64,000 nucleotides of DNA. It comes from the human T2T-CHM13v2.0 reference genome, Homo sapiens. The stretch is taken from the NCBI RefSeq assembly GCF_009914755.1, contig NC_060942.1; one strand, 5' to 3'. Numbering within the stretch: position 1 is the first letter of the stretch; each line of letters begins with the position of its first letter. A model generated the notes under the pieces. The model made no database searches. It saw nothing but the letters and a program-made list of their open reading frames with translations, and was not told the origin of the DNA. The position numbers were made by a program, and so were the translations under genes. Positions 13,379 through 26,275 of the stretch are shown one piece after another.

Positions 13379-13468
13379 AGCCAGGCATGGTGGTGCATGC
13401 CTGTAGTCCCCGCTACTCAGGAGGCTGAAGCAGGAGGATACTTTGAGCCCAGGAGTTTGAGTCTAGCC
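13379..13468 (+). mobile_element. Alu monomer fragment (FLAM/FRAM-like)
   Basis: 'gccaggcatggtggtgcatgcctgtagtcccc...tgagcccaggagtttgag'; lacks the 3' end and tail. Confidence 0.8.
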
Positions 13469-14084
13469 ACTCTGTTTCTCCATATCTTTAAAACCCCTTG
13501 GAAGAGGAAACACTCCGATTTTATTAAAAGCAAGTAAGAAAAGAAAAATTATTTTTGGAATTTTTCCAAATGGAGCTGGGACATTCTAGTTTTGGCGAGA
13601 ATAAGATTGTGATGTGTGCTGTGGAAAGGTGTCTTAATGAAGGTGAATCTAAGAGAAAGCATGTGGTTGGTGAATGTCACCTCACTGACCTTCCGATATG
13701 ACTTGTCATGTCCCTGATCATCTTCAGATTTTCTCTAACAGGAGAAAAAGGAATTCCTGGAGAGGAGATGTGTATGTGCCTGTGCTGGCACAGTTGAAAA
13801 GTGTAATCAAAACAAAACAAATTTGGCCTACGATACTACATCATTGATGGTGTCATGTTGAGCTATTGTAGAATTAGCTGGGGGCCACAGTCAACATTAT
13901 TTTAAACAAGATAAGGATACATTATGGTGTTAGAAAGGTCATTCTAGCAGCCAACAAATTAGAGAGGCAGAAGCAGGGAGTACTGAGGGAGGCAGACCAC
14001 CGGGGAGGCTATTGATGTGACACTCTCTGGGGTCTCTAACCAGGGTGCTTGCCAGACAGCTCTGTCACTCGAAGGGTGGTCACC

Positions 14085-14245
14085 ACCCTGGCAGCACAGA
14101 CAACCCTGTGGGCTCACTTGAAATGCAAATTCATAGGCCCTGCCCTGACTTATGAATCTGAATCTGTGGGGATGGTGTCCGGGAGACTGTTTTCACATGC
14201 TCTCTGGGGAATTCTTACAAACATTCAAGGTTGAGGATGTTGCTG
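14085..14245. mobile_element. MER5-family relic
   Basis: 'aaatgcaaattcataggccctgccctgacttatgaatctgaatctgtggggatgg...cattcaaggttgagga'. Confidence 0.65.
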
Positions 14246-14332
14246 TAAGGGATATCCATGGGAACAATCTCATTCTTCTTTGGTCACCTGCGTGTACACT
14301 CATATCCATCTCCCGTTCTGGAGAAACTTGCT

Positions 14333-14715
14333 TGATATGGTTTGGCTATGTCCCCACCCAAATCTCATCTTGAACTGTAGTTCCCATAATCCCCACGTGT
14401 CATGGGAGGAATCTGGTGGGAGGTAACTGAATCATGGGGTGGTTACCTCCATGCTGTTCTCCTGATAGGGAGTGAGTTCTCACGATATCTGATGGTTTTA
14501 TTAGGGGCTTCCTCCCTGTCCCCTGCTTCACACTGCACTTATCTCTCCTGCTACCATATGAAGAAGGACGTATTTGCTTCCCCTTCCACCATGATTGTAA
14601 GTTTCCTGAGGCCTCCCCAGCCATGCAGAACTGTGAGTCAATTAAACCTCTTTTCTTTATAAATTACCCAGTCTCAGGTGTGTCTTTATTAGCAGAATGA
14701 GAATGGACTAATACA
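14333..14715 (+). mobile_element. THE1C/D (MaLR) solo LTR
   Basis: 'tgatatggtttggctatgtccccacccaaatctcatcttgaa...gaatggactaataca'; TSD ttgct / gtgct. Confidence 0.93.
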
Positions 14716-15324
14716 GTGCTCTTCAGGGTTAACTTTCCATCCTACTGCAATGAGGGAATGCTTTTCAGCAACCAGGGTTCCACTTGGAAAACCACAACTT
14801 CCAGGGGATAAATCAGGCCACCTGGGAATAGTTTAGTCTCTTCACTTGAGAGGACTGTTTCATCAGCTTCGATTCATCAGAGGATCTGGGCTGCATAGTA
14901 ATAATAATCGTCTGGTGACAACCAGCATTTGTTTAAGGGGGAATGGATGATGGCAGAATATAGAGGTCTTAAGTGTTGAACAGCAATAAATCTTCTCTCT
15001 TTGTCTTTGTGGGCTAGGATAATACTAATCATTCTCTTCCTTCCTTTCAGGGCTATGCCTAGGCAGAAAAGAAGCAGGCAGAAGCCGAGGGGGAGGTTTC
15101 AGGATACCGCAAAGACCTCCAGGAAGGCCTCAAATCCTTCCTGACTGCCAGTGTCCCCTCATGTACTGGACACTCTGAAATTCTATTACTTTCTTTTATT
15201 ATTTAAGCCTTAGTCACTTAAAATATAAATTTCTTCTAAGTGGATAGTAATTTAATATTACCCTTTAGTGAATTTGAGGAGGACCCCAAATAGGTTTATC
15301 GTTACCTTAAAATATACATGTACT

Positions 15325-15682
<358 letters not shown>

Positions 15683-16627
15683 TCATATACCTTATACTAA
15701 TGCACATATAACAATGAAAATATAAGTGTATATCAATTATGCATTTCTCCCAATCCCTAATAGATCGTGTGGCACATTCTGCTTCATTGGTTCCTGCTCT
15801 AAAATGCAAGGTCTTAATCTGGGAAAATCCATGATGGGCTCCAAAGTGTTGGTCTACCCCCTGAAATAGTATTTAGAATTGATAAGCACTTTTCTGGAGA
15901 CAAGGTGTACCTAGAGCTTTCTTGAAGTGCTTTTTCTAAAGGTTAAGAATCACAGGTAACTGAAAGAGGAGCTACAAATAGGAGTTTACAGGGGTGATGC
16001 TATCTCTATTTTCTAAATAGGCGAATTGTGATTCAGCAAAATTAGATGATTTCCTCAGACTCCTCCTCCTGCCTCTTCTGGGACAATCTCTATTAATTTT
16101 TCCTGTTTTTTATACCTTTAGTTTCTCCCACTGCATGGGTGATTCTCAAAAAAGCTCACTTTCAACAGGAAAGGTAAGTTAATGGTATGTGGTGTATAAG
16201 GAAAACAAACCCAAAACCTCTCCATGTCATTCTACTATCTCTGTTTCATTCTCTCCCCTCAACTAAGAACTATTCGCCTGTATTATCTCCCACCCTCTTG
16301 CCCATGAACACACTCAGCCTTCTCTATTATAAAAGACATGTCCTTGAAAATTACATGCTTTTTATTCTTTGGGTTCCTACTTCTAAAGCACAATACTGCT
16401 CCCATAACTATGGTGCAGACAGTTTCTATTAAACTATGTACCCTCTAATAAGATAATTTGTTGCCTACCTACCTTTCTCTTTCAATTGATCACGAAGGTC
16501 TGGGGTAGTATATCATCTTCCTGGACCTGACATAATGCTAGAACAAAGCATGGTAACTCATGAATGCTGAAAAAATGGCTGGATTTCATTGTCTAAAATC
16601 ATAAATCAAGCTCCATGCTATATAGAA

Positions 16628-16715
16628 TCAACAACTATCCCGGTTTGCCAAATCCTGAGAAGTTTTTCAGGATGAAGAACTTTTAGTGCTACAACTGAGA
16701 AAAGTTGGTGTCTCT
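16628..16715. mobile_element. MER94-like (hAT-Blackjack) relic
   Basis: 'caactatcccggtttgcc...acttttagtgctacaactg...gttggtgtctcta'. Confidence 0.55.
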
Positions 16716-17046
16716 ACTCCTTAATGTGATCTAGACCCTCTATGATCTGGCCCCAAGAAGTTTTTCCAGGCTCAACTTACATTATATCCTCTCGGACATC
16801 CAAGGTTCCAAAAAAGAAAAAGTTCCCTTGAAGTTCTGTGAAGATAGACCATTTGTTAAACCTATGATGAGAATGCAGGGCCTAGAGCCTAGTGTCACAA
16901 GAAGATGGAGTGGTATTTTGAGTGTATTTGGTTCAACTTGCCCTTAGAGGTCAAATAAGTGGAGCTGATCCAGATTATACAGGAAGGAGTGTGTTTGGTT
17001 GGAGGGGCAGGGTGGTTAAGAAGCAAGAAAGAAGTATGATATAGTG

Positions 17047-17225
17047 CAGGAGTTCTCAAAGTGTGGTCCTTGAATCAGCAGCATTAGTCTTACCTGGGAA
17101 GTTATTAAAATGCAAAAGACTAACCCCAACCCCACACTGAATCAGATGCTCGAGGGATGGGGCCCAGCAGTCTGTGTTTTAATAAGCTGTGAACTGTGAT
17201 GCTTGCACAAGTTTGTGAGCGACTG
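17047..17225. mobile_element. MER5A
   Basis: 'caggagttctcaaagtgtggtcc...cagcagcattag...ggggcccagcagtctgtgttttaataagc...agtttgtgagcgactg'. Confidence 0.85.
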
Positions 17226-17365
17226 TATGGTGAATAAACACCTTACTCGGAGTCAGAAAACCTGGATTGTGATGCCAATTGTCATGAAGTATTGGTGAAA
17301 CTGTGGCCAAGTGGCTAAAGATCTCTGGGCCTCACCTTCTCTATCTGTTAACTGTGGGTAATTCT
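17226..17365 (+). mobile_element. MIR fragment
   Basis: 'ggagtcagaaaacctgg...ctctgggcctcaccttctctatctgttaact'. Confidence 0.7.
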
Positions 17366-18859
17366 CAAAAGAGTTGAGAAAGACCCCATGGAGGATCAGA
17401 AGACTATGGAGTTTCAGAGCCACTGTACAGTGAAATAAACTATTTCAACTTGCAACTGGAGGTCATATAAGTGGGAATGGCCACTTATGGTGAAAGACCA
17501 TTTAGAGATGACTCTGTACACTGTCATCATCTCTATGGAAACTCACTGTACATACCCAAGGGCATGTTAGGGATCATTCTTGAGTGTGAAGGCCAGAATA
17601 CAAAATTTCATAGTGCCAAACCTGGTCAGGGCTGAGATTCATTCTGATTATGGAACAGAACATATCTTAGAGAAAACACTGGCTGTTCTCTCTAATGTTT
17701 TCTTAGAAAGTATCTTTTCCCAAATATCTGTGACATACTCTTATTAGCCCATATGCATCTATAATCCTGTAATTTCAACCAGTGTCAAAACCCTAATTTA
17801 ATTAACAGTTTGATGGACTACCTACTACATGCCTATCACTATGCTAGAGGGATTTTGAGAACCAACCAAAGCCAATGTAATCATCCACATTAAGCTTTTT
17901 GGGAAAAAATATTGGTATATTGGTATTAGCATATAAATATAGCCTCAAATAGTTGAAAGTTGGTGAGAGTGATAGATCTCTTTTGGGACAAACTTGATAT
18001 CAGGTTTTAATGTCAGCAAGGCTCGGCTTGAATTCTGCTGCATATACAAACATTTTTTTAGCCAAGAGTCACAAAAACAGTCATAGAACCTGTTCTGTAA
18101 GCTTGATACAAAGTCCTAGCTCTGGATCCCTTTGAGTGCTCCAACAGCTCCTTGCATGAATGGTTCACTAGAGACACAGAGGCAATAGTTTAGTAGCAGG
18201 ATTTAGCTAAAGTCGCAGCCAGATTCAGGAGAGGAGAATCCTTTGAGTCAGCAGATGGACCCAAGATAATTCCCGAATCAAGCCTCAGGCACTGTTGTTA
18301 ACTGCATAGGCTATTGAGCTTGCTGGATTTTGATTATGCACGAATGGAATGCTTGTGCAATATTTTGGTCAATAAACACATCTTGATCACTCATTTCACC
18401 AGTAAAAAATCACTTTTTACATCCATGATGCTAACAAAGTCTCTGGAGTTGATCAGTTGTCAAGATAGCTGAAATATTGATAGAGCCTCATGTGGAGGGT
18501 GAAGTTTCCATTAGAGGCTCTCAATTTCTATCCAACCACCCTGGAATGGATATTCTCAATTAGGGCAGCTGACTTCCCTCTCTCCAGCTAGATGAAAACT
18601 ACCTACACAACATTATCTGTAGGGGAATATGTTAAAATCGTAGGTACAAAGAAAGAATATTAAATTTCATAATGTACAAAAATGCTATACTTTTGGTTAG
18701 AAATTTTTAGTTAAAGATTTGCAATTTCATATGATTCAACCTAAAGACATACTCCTTGAGAATCTCTGAACTTGAGTGCTATCTCCTTGGTTTTCTGATC
18801 TGGTTTTTGCTGCTTTCTCGACTGCCCTGCTCCCACCTCCCAAAAAAACTTTGACCTAT

Positions 18860-19135
18860 GTTCTCTGCCTGAGATTGTTTTGTCCCAATCCTTTTCCTGC
18901 TGTTACACATCCTTCTGGTCCTATCTCAGATATCCCTTTATACAGAGAACTCTAGACTCTTCAAATATGCCAGGTGTCCTCCTAGGATATCTTAAACCTC
19001 CTGTGCTGACTCCCTTCTGAGCACTGTATTGTAAATCCTGTGAACTTGTTTGTCTTGGCCGTTAGGTTGTGAGCTCCTTGAGAGCTGAGGCAGGACCTTC
19101 CTCATTGCCAGGGCAGAGCAGAAGGCAGCAAACAA
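18860..19135 (+). mobile_element. L2 3' fragment
   Basis: 'cactgtattgtaaat...ttaggttgtgagctccttgagagc' matches the L2 3' end. Confidence 0.65.
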
Positions 19136-21374
19136 CCCCTTGTGCTCCACCATGTGAACGCTTGAGAAGCTTCCTTGGGAGGGTGGAATACCAGGCACAT
19201 TACAGTTAGGTGCTAAATTTTGGGATATGGTCTATAAGTGCCGTAAACATGGTTAGACATAGAAAAACAAAGGTGAGGCTGATAGCCAATTAAAAGCATT
19301 TTAGAGATGGGGCTATAAGCCTTTGTCCTAAGTCACCCAGTTGTAAGAGACAGTGGAGGAAAACACACAGAACTCTGATTCACCCACTGTGGGACAATGA
19401 GGCTTCGATTAACTTCAGAGAGAGCTGCAGGCATCACCAGTTCTGTGCAAAGGTGACAAACACAGGGATGAAGGAGGAATAACAATAACAGTTATACCAA
19501 TTAAAATAGAAATGGTATCATCTGGGATTACTCAACCAATTAGCATATAATTCAGTGTAATAAGAAATCAGAGAAAGGGAGAAAAAGAGAGGATAAGAAC
19601 AAGAACACATGCGCCTACCAAAAATAAGAGAGAAAGCAAAAGACTGAAACTGCTGGATTTCAACGTTGGGTACGTCTTTCTCATTTACCAGGAAGAATTG
19701 CACCCAAGAAGGAATATAACTCTACCTGCCATTTTGGAGTCCAGCTTATTATCTATTGTAGATTTTGACATCTTACTTAGCCTCGGACAGTCTGATTTTA
19801 GGAAGAGTGTACATTATTTACATGAAAACAAATATGAGCATTAGGAGGCATTTTTCCCCTGCGTGCAATTCCTACTAAAGAATTTACATTCTTCTAATTT
19901 GCTGCTTTACTGCATCACTTAGTATCCGCCTGAGATGTGCACAATGTCCTCACAGTTAGGAAGGTGCTGAGGAAATTTACTCTTTTTAGCACTGAATCAC
20001 TTGCTTTCCTCTTTAAAGCCACCAAACTCTCACTTATTTGAAATTCTCTTTTCTAAGCATCTGTTTTGTTTTACAGGTATTAGCTGATCCCAAATCACAA
20101 TTCAGGCTTGGGAAGACATCTGATTTTAACATTTAATTCTGAGTGTACTGTTGCAGTATTTCCACTCTGATTGAAAATGGCTCTTTAAATAACAAATGCA
20201 GAGGCATGTGTTTTATTTATGTTGCAACTGATGAATTATTCTCTAGAATGGGGATTCTGAATGTATTATAGCAACACACAAACATGAATACAATATGGTG
20301 GGAGCTGCTTCCTGCAGAGTTAGGATAAACATCATGAATAGCATTAATGTAAACCACATGTATTAGTGGTACCCATCTTACTAGTTCAATAGACTTACAG
20401 ACCGAAACTGAACCAGAGTGTTTTAGGAAACCAAACATTGAACTTGTGTGATGTCAGGAGACTTAGAGTTTTTTTTTTTTTTTTTTTTTTTTTTAACCTC
20501 TAGGAAAGGGAAGGTAAATTTAGTACATTTTCTTAAACACACAGGAATGCTTTTACTTACTGCATTTAGATTTTTAGGACTAAGAATGTCCCAAGAGGCC
20601 AACTTTGAAGCCAGCATTTGCTGTGATTTTGGGCTTTTGTCACTTGCAAATTTCTATTAAAATTGAAAGAAATTCAGAAAACCACTGAAGGCCTTTGAGG
20701 CATCATAGGACTATACATTTGTAGTCATGCCCACTTAACCTGAAAGAGTAGCTCACTGGCTCATGGAGAATATTTGTGCTTATTGAGGGCAAATCACACA
20801 GGTGAGGCTGATCTTCATTAGGACAAGGGAAAGGTGACAGAGGGCTGGTGGGAGTCACATTAATGGAGATCACTCTTTGTAGCGTGTTTTATTTTCAAAT
20901 GTCAGCAGGGAGTGAACTCTGCTGTGTCATTTTTGCTCAACATTTTATTGATATAATGTGGCTTGACTGGATTATTACAATTATAAGCTATGGGGGCTGT
21001 ATCCATTACTGCAACCTAGATTTTTAAAAATTCAAAGTCTTTTCTAAAGGGGTTGCTCTTTCATTGTGTTTGTCTCCTGCTGCTTAAATTCCCCCACAGA
21101 TGTAGTGAGATGGGAATAAGACGTTCCTTGCTCTTCACTGTCTCTTCACTTCTTATTTATTGAGTCTGTACTCTGTACCAGATGTGCTAGGTGCTTTCCA
21201 TTGTTCTTGCAATAGCACCACTTCCAATTCCACTTCTTCTTTTGTTCCACTGTTACCCGTGGGAGGAGGACCTCCCATCCTTCTTTTCCTGTTTTTACCA
21301 CCTGTTCCCACTTTTCTTTCTCCACACCAAGACCAGACCTTCCAATGTCTTTAATGGTAACATTAAAATCCATG

Positions 21375-21490
21375 TTGACAAGATTGGCCACAAATTATTC
21401 ATTGTTGATGCTGAGTGAAGCATATATTGGGGTTTATTATGTTAATTTTCTACTTTTATACATGATTGAAGCTTTTCATAACAGAAAGCT
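21375..21490 (+). mobile_element. Old L1M (L1ME/L1MC-type) 3' terminus
   Basis: 'aagattggccacaaattattcattgttgatgctgagtgaagcatatattggggtttattat...ttttcataac'. Confidence 0.6.
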
Positions 21491-22069
21491 AAAACACTCC
21501 ATGTTGATGACTCTTTCCAAAATCCTGGTCTTAGAGTTCTTGAATATAAACTTCACCTCTGTTTCAGTTACCATGGGCAACGGCACATACTGGACTTCCA
21601 CATCACCCACGCTATTTCTCCTCCAAGATTTCAGACCTTAAGATTTCCTTATCTGGACTCACTTTTCACTTTGCCCACTCCCATTCATTCTCCCTAATTC
21701 ATCAGTACCCAGATCTCCCATCTCTTTCCTAGTCTCAGTTTTCAGTCTCAGGATCCATTTGTTTTCATTTGGCTTCGATTAATTTCCTGGTTGGGCTGGC
21801 TCTTTTGAATTTGGCAATAAAATGATTCTTATACCAGCAGCTTCAATTTCCTACTCACTTTTTATCATATGGTACCTCTTTTTCTAATCTTCATCCCGTG
21901 GAAGTCCCACCACGTATTTTTGCCTGTGCTTATTTGCATAGCAAATATCCTCTAGAATAAGGCCACATTAGCATTCATGTACCAGAAAATAGTAAATATT
22001 ATTCCTTTAGGGACTGTCCTTTGAGCTGGTATTTTCCCTTATTTTCCTTTGTGTCTTAGCTATCTAGAG

Positions 22070-22812
22070 CAGCACTGTCTGATAGAACTTTTTTTTTTTT
22101 TTTTTTGGTTCAGAAAATTTCTAATTTTAATGTTGAAGATAAGAATATTTTTGTAATAATTAACTAGATCAACTACTTTTTTTTTCCAGCTGTATTGAGG
22201 TATGATTGACAAATAAAAATTTGTGTATATTTCAGGTATACAAGGTGATGCTCTGATACATATATTCATTGTGAATAACATATTTATTAGGTCACTTAGT
22301 TACCATTTCCTTTTTATTTTTGTGGTATGAACATTTAAAATCTACCTTCTTGGCAAATTTCAAGTACATGATAAAGTGTTTTTAACTATAGTCACATTAC
22401 TATACAGTAGACATGCTGAACTTATTCATCTTTCATAACTGACGCTAAGTCAAAGAGAATGTCCTAGTTTTCATCTCCTTTACTTCATCCCTGAACGATG
22501 ATCACAGTACGGGGCCGTTGTCTCTTAGCCAAGTCTTCAGAGCATTCTAGATTCACAGTCTCAGAAGTTGGCATCTGTCATGGAAATCTACATTGTTAGC
22601 TCAACTGTCTGATAGAACTTTCTATGATAATTGAAATATTCTGTGAATCTGTGCTGTTCGATATGATAGCCACAAACCATGTGTCCTGTTGAGCACTTGA
22701 AATGTGACCAATGAGACTGAGAAACTGAAGTTTAATTTTCTTAAATTTTCACTGATTTACATTTAAATTTAGACACATATGGCTCTAGTGGCTACCATGC
22801 TGGACAGCACAG
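22070..22812. mobile_element. MER3 (hAT-Charlie), split by a retrocopy
   Basis: TIRs 'cagcactgtc' and 'gacagcacag'; body 'atagaactttctatgata...gagcacttgaaatgtg...ctagtggctaccatgctggacagc'; hAT-type 8-bp flanks atctagag / ctcgagag. Confidence 0.88.
22092..22603 (-). pseudogene. Poly(A)-tailed retrocopy of a non-coding transcript 3' end (contains an L1MA9-like 3' end at 22177-22442)
   Basis: Perfect 18-bp TSD actgtctgatagaacttt (22074-22091 / 22604-22621); polyT to 22106; ATTAAA on the minus strand at 22126-22131; non-L1 sequence on both sides of the L1MA piece. Confidence 0.85.
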
Positions 22813-23240
22813 CTCGAGAGATTTGGGACATTGTCTAGTTTCAGCACCATTGCCACTGCCTGGAGAACTTTCCAGCCACGGTGATATGCTTCCTCCTTAC
22901 CATGAGGAAAGCTGTGGGTTATTTTCTCTCTTTGTGGCACCTTTTTGTTGTCTCTGGGGTAGATTGACTTGATGCTGAGGACAGAGATAGACAACTCAGG
23001 GTCATTTGCTCCTGCCTGAGTCTCTTCTGCCAGGGCATCTTTTCTGCTTTATTTCAGCACCAAATGCCTGAGTTCCATTGTCTCCTTCCTGAGTGCTTGC
23101 AGTGGCCTCTGGCTAGTTCTCTTGCTGCCACCTTTTGCTCCCCTATAGACCATTCTCCACATGACAGGTAGAATAAATGGTGTAAGGTACATGGATGTGC
23201 TTTGGTCAAGGAATAGGCCAAGGCAGATATCAAGGCCTGC

Positions 23241-23291
23241 ATGACTCAGCAGGTTTGGTGTGTAGGTGCATACCTCCACTTGTTATATAAC
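23241..23291 (+). promoter_or_regulatory. AP-1/ARE (ATGACTCAGCA) and PAR-bZIP/CEBP-like (GTTATATAAC) motifs in LTR18
   Basis: Motifs read at 23241-23251 and 23282-23291; activity is not shown by sequence. Confidence 0.5.
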
Positions 23292-23427
23292 CTGTTTGTG
23301 TAAGTTTACATGTGGCTCTGAACCACTATTGTCTGTAAAAGGTATAATTGCCCTGCTAATGCTATACAGGGGCTCTTGGGGATTGGCTCGGCAAAACATG
23401 GCTTGACATGGCGGGCCTGCTTGTGCC

Positions 23428-23456
23428 TAGAGAGAGAGAGAGAGAGAGAGAGAGAG
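23428..23456. repeat. (AG)n microsatellite in LTR18
   Basis: Read directly from the sequence. Confidence 0.9.
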
Positions 23457-23531
23457 CCAAAGCTGTCTTGCAGACGGACAGGAGGGAGCAAGGACATAGC
23501 TCAGCTTGCTGGTGCCCAGAGAGAGAGAGTT

Positions 23532-24040
<509 letters not shown>

Positions 24041-25014
24041 CTAGGATTTCAGCATGGGCTGGACCCAGACCCTGGGGCCTGACAAATGGACTAAAATGAA
24101 ATTCTTCTTCCCCTCTTTTGCCATATCAGGAACGTTAATGTGCTTCAGCCTAGAATGTTTCTCTTCTGCTTTTTGCATAGCTAGCTTCTCATCTTGGAAA
24201 TCTCAGCTTAAATGACACTTTCTTAGAGAGGCCTTCTCTTTCTAAAGAATGTCCTTGGCTTACTTCCATACAATCTGTCTCCAGCCCTGTTTCTCTCCCC
24301 TCTGTAGCATTTGTTGCAATTTGTAACGATTTGTTTGATTGTATTTTCCTGTAGAATGTACATTCCATGGAAGCAGGGACGATAGTAGTTTTTGCACCCT
24401 TCCCATTGGATGGCTAGTACTTAGTATGTGATAGATACTTAATAAAAAATTGTTGAATGGATTGTTGAAACATTTCTGTCTTCTTCCTGGTAGTTGAAAT
24501 CCATCTGAGAAGGGTCAACCTTTCAGCCCAAGAAGCAGAGAAAACCATTTTCAGCTGGGCTCTTGCCACATCTGGGAGTCAACTCAGTCCCTTCCTTCTT
24601 ATCTTTCAGGGTTGTGCCATGGCGAGGGCGCTCAGCTTCCAAGTTTCTTCTTTTCTCTTCTCTTTTTCAAGAAATTTCTGGTTTATTTCCCTTTCCAGGT
24701 GGTTTCCTCCCCCTGCGCATCAGCCAGAATTCTCTCAGCGATGCAGGTTCACTCATATGTCCTGTTTTGAAGCTTTTGTGACCATGGAGAAAGCCACATT
24801 TGATCTTTGAATCCATGGTTTTTAGCTGCTCTCCTCACTGTAGTGTGCAGCCCTTCTGGCCTCTGGCATTGGCTCCATGGTAAATTTCCCACGTTGTCCT
24901 CCCACAGATTTAGGAGTCATTTTTGTTTGGTGAAGAACTATTTGTAGCTATCTCTGTATTTCCATCTCTGACCTCTGTCTTGCTGGATGGAGAGCAAGAG
25001 AGGCTAGCCCCATT

Positions 25015-25135
25015 CCTTCTCAAAATCTGGAGCATGGGCCAGCAGCATGGCACCACCTGGGATTTTGTTAGAAATGCAGAATTTCAGGTCCTAGCCCAGA
25101 CCCACTGTATTGGAGTCTGCGTTGGAGGGACATTG
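25015..25135. mobile_element. MER5A fragment
   Basis: 'ttctcaaaatctgg...ccagcagcatggcaccacctgggattttgttagaaatgcagaatttcaggtcc'. Confidence 0.75.
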
Positions 25136-25424
25136 CTCTGGGGTCAGAGAGAAAACAGGAGCTTCCTGTGGTGGTTTCTGTGCTCTACCACAGGCCCCAG
25201 GCCCATCCATCTGGGGCCCCAGTAGTGATTCTCTTTCACTCAAGGGGAATAAGACTTTCTGTCCAACAACAGAAATGTTCAAAGTCTACTGACCATCCCT
25301 TCAAAGTGGGGCTTACATTTTCATGTCAGTGAATATGCCAGTGATGTGGGTTCACCTGAGGCTGGATGGCAATGGTGGGTTGACATCCTGACCAGTTGCT
25401 TACTGGCTGTATGAGATAGGGCAT

Positions 25425-25983
25425 TGTATTAGTCAGGGTTCTTCAGAGAAAAAGAACTAGTTGGATATATAGGTATGTAAGAGGGGATTTATTATGGGAA
25501 TTGGCTCACATGACTATGAAGGTAGAGAAGTCCCACAGTCTTCCATCTGGAAGCTATAGAACCAGAGAAGCCCATGGTGGAATTCAGTCAGAGTCCAAAA
25601 GCCTGAGAGTCAGGGGAGTCAGTGGTCTAACTCACAGTCTGAGGCCGAAGGCCTGAGAACTGGGGTCACCGTGTAATTCCTGGGGTCCAAAGGCCTTAGA
25701 ATTAGGAGCTCTGACATCTGAGGACAGAAGATGGATATTCCAGTTCAAGAAGACAGAGAAAAAATTATCCCTTCCTCCACCCTTTTTGTTTTATTTGGGC
25801 CCAAAATGGACTGCATGATGCCTGCCTACATTGCTGAGAGTGGATCTTCTTGACTCAGTTTACTGATTCAAATACTAATCTCTTCCAGAAGCACTATCAC
25901 AAACACACCTAGAAGTAATATTTTACCAGCTATATGGGTATCCATTAGTCCAGTCAAGTTGGCACATAAAATCAACCATCGTA
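25425..25983 (-). mobile_element. MLT2B-type solo LTR
   Basis: 'tgtattagtcagggttcttcagaga...ggaattggctcacatg...ccagtcaagttggcacataaaatcaaccatc'; TSD ggcat / agcat. Confidence 0.9.
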
Positions 25984-26029
25984 AGCATATTGCAAAATCT
26001 TTTTATGTCTATTTAACAAGGCATTAATA

Positions 26030-26275
26030 ACATAGCCAGCATTTATGGAGTGCTTACAATGAGCCAGACACTGCACTAGGTGCCATGCTTGAATTTATGC
26101 TTATTTTTCTGTAAAATCCCTTTTCATGATCCTTTTATTGTAGATAGAAATTTCAGGCTTAGAGATGTGGAGTGTTTTGGGCAAAGTTATATAGTTGTTG
26201 AATGGCTAAGGTGCAATTCAAATCTAGGTATGCTCGTCTCCAGAGTCTAATCCCCTACTGCTACACAGCATTGCT
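26030..26275 (-). mobile_element. MIR
   Basis: 'agcatttatggagtgcttacaatgagccagacactg...tagatagaaatttcaggcttagaga...attcaaatctagg'. Confidence 0.78.

Noticed and set aside
20469-20494. Orphan T26 tract as a poly(A)-only insertion
   Set aside because: No flanking TSD or element body; treated as a simple mononucleotide repeat.
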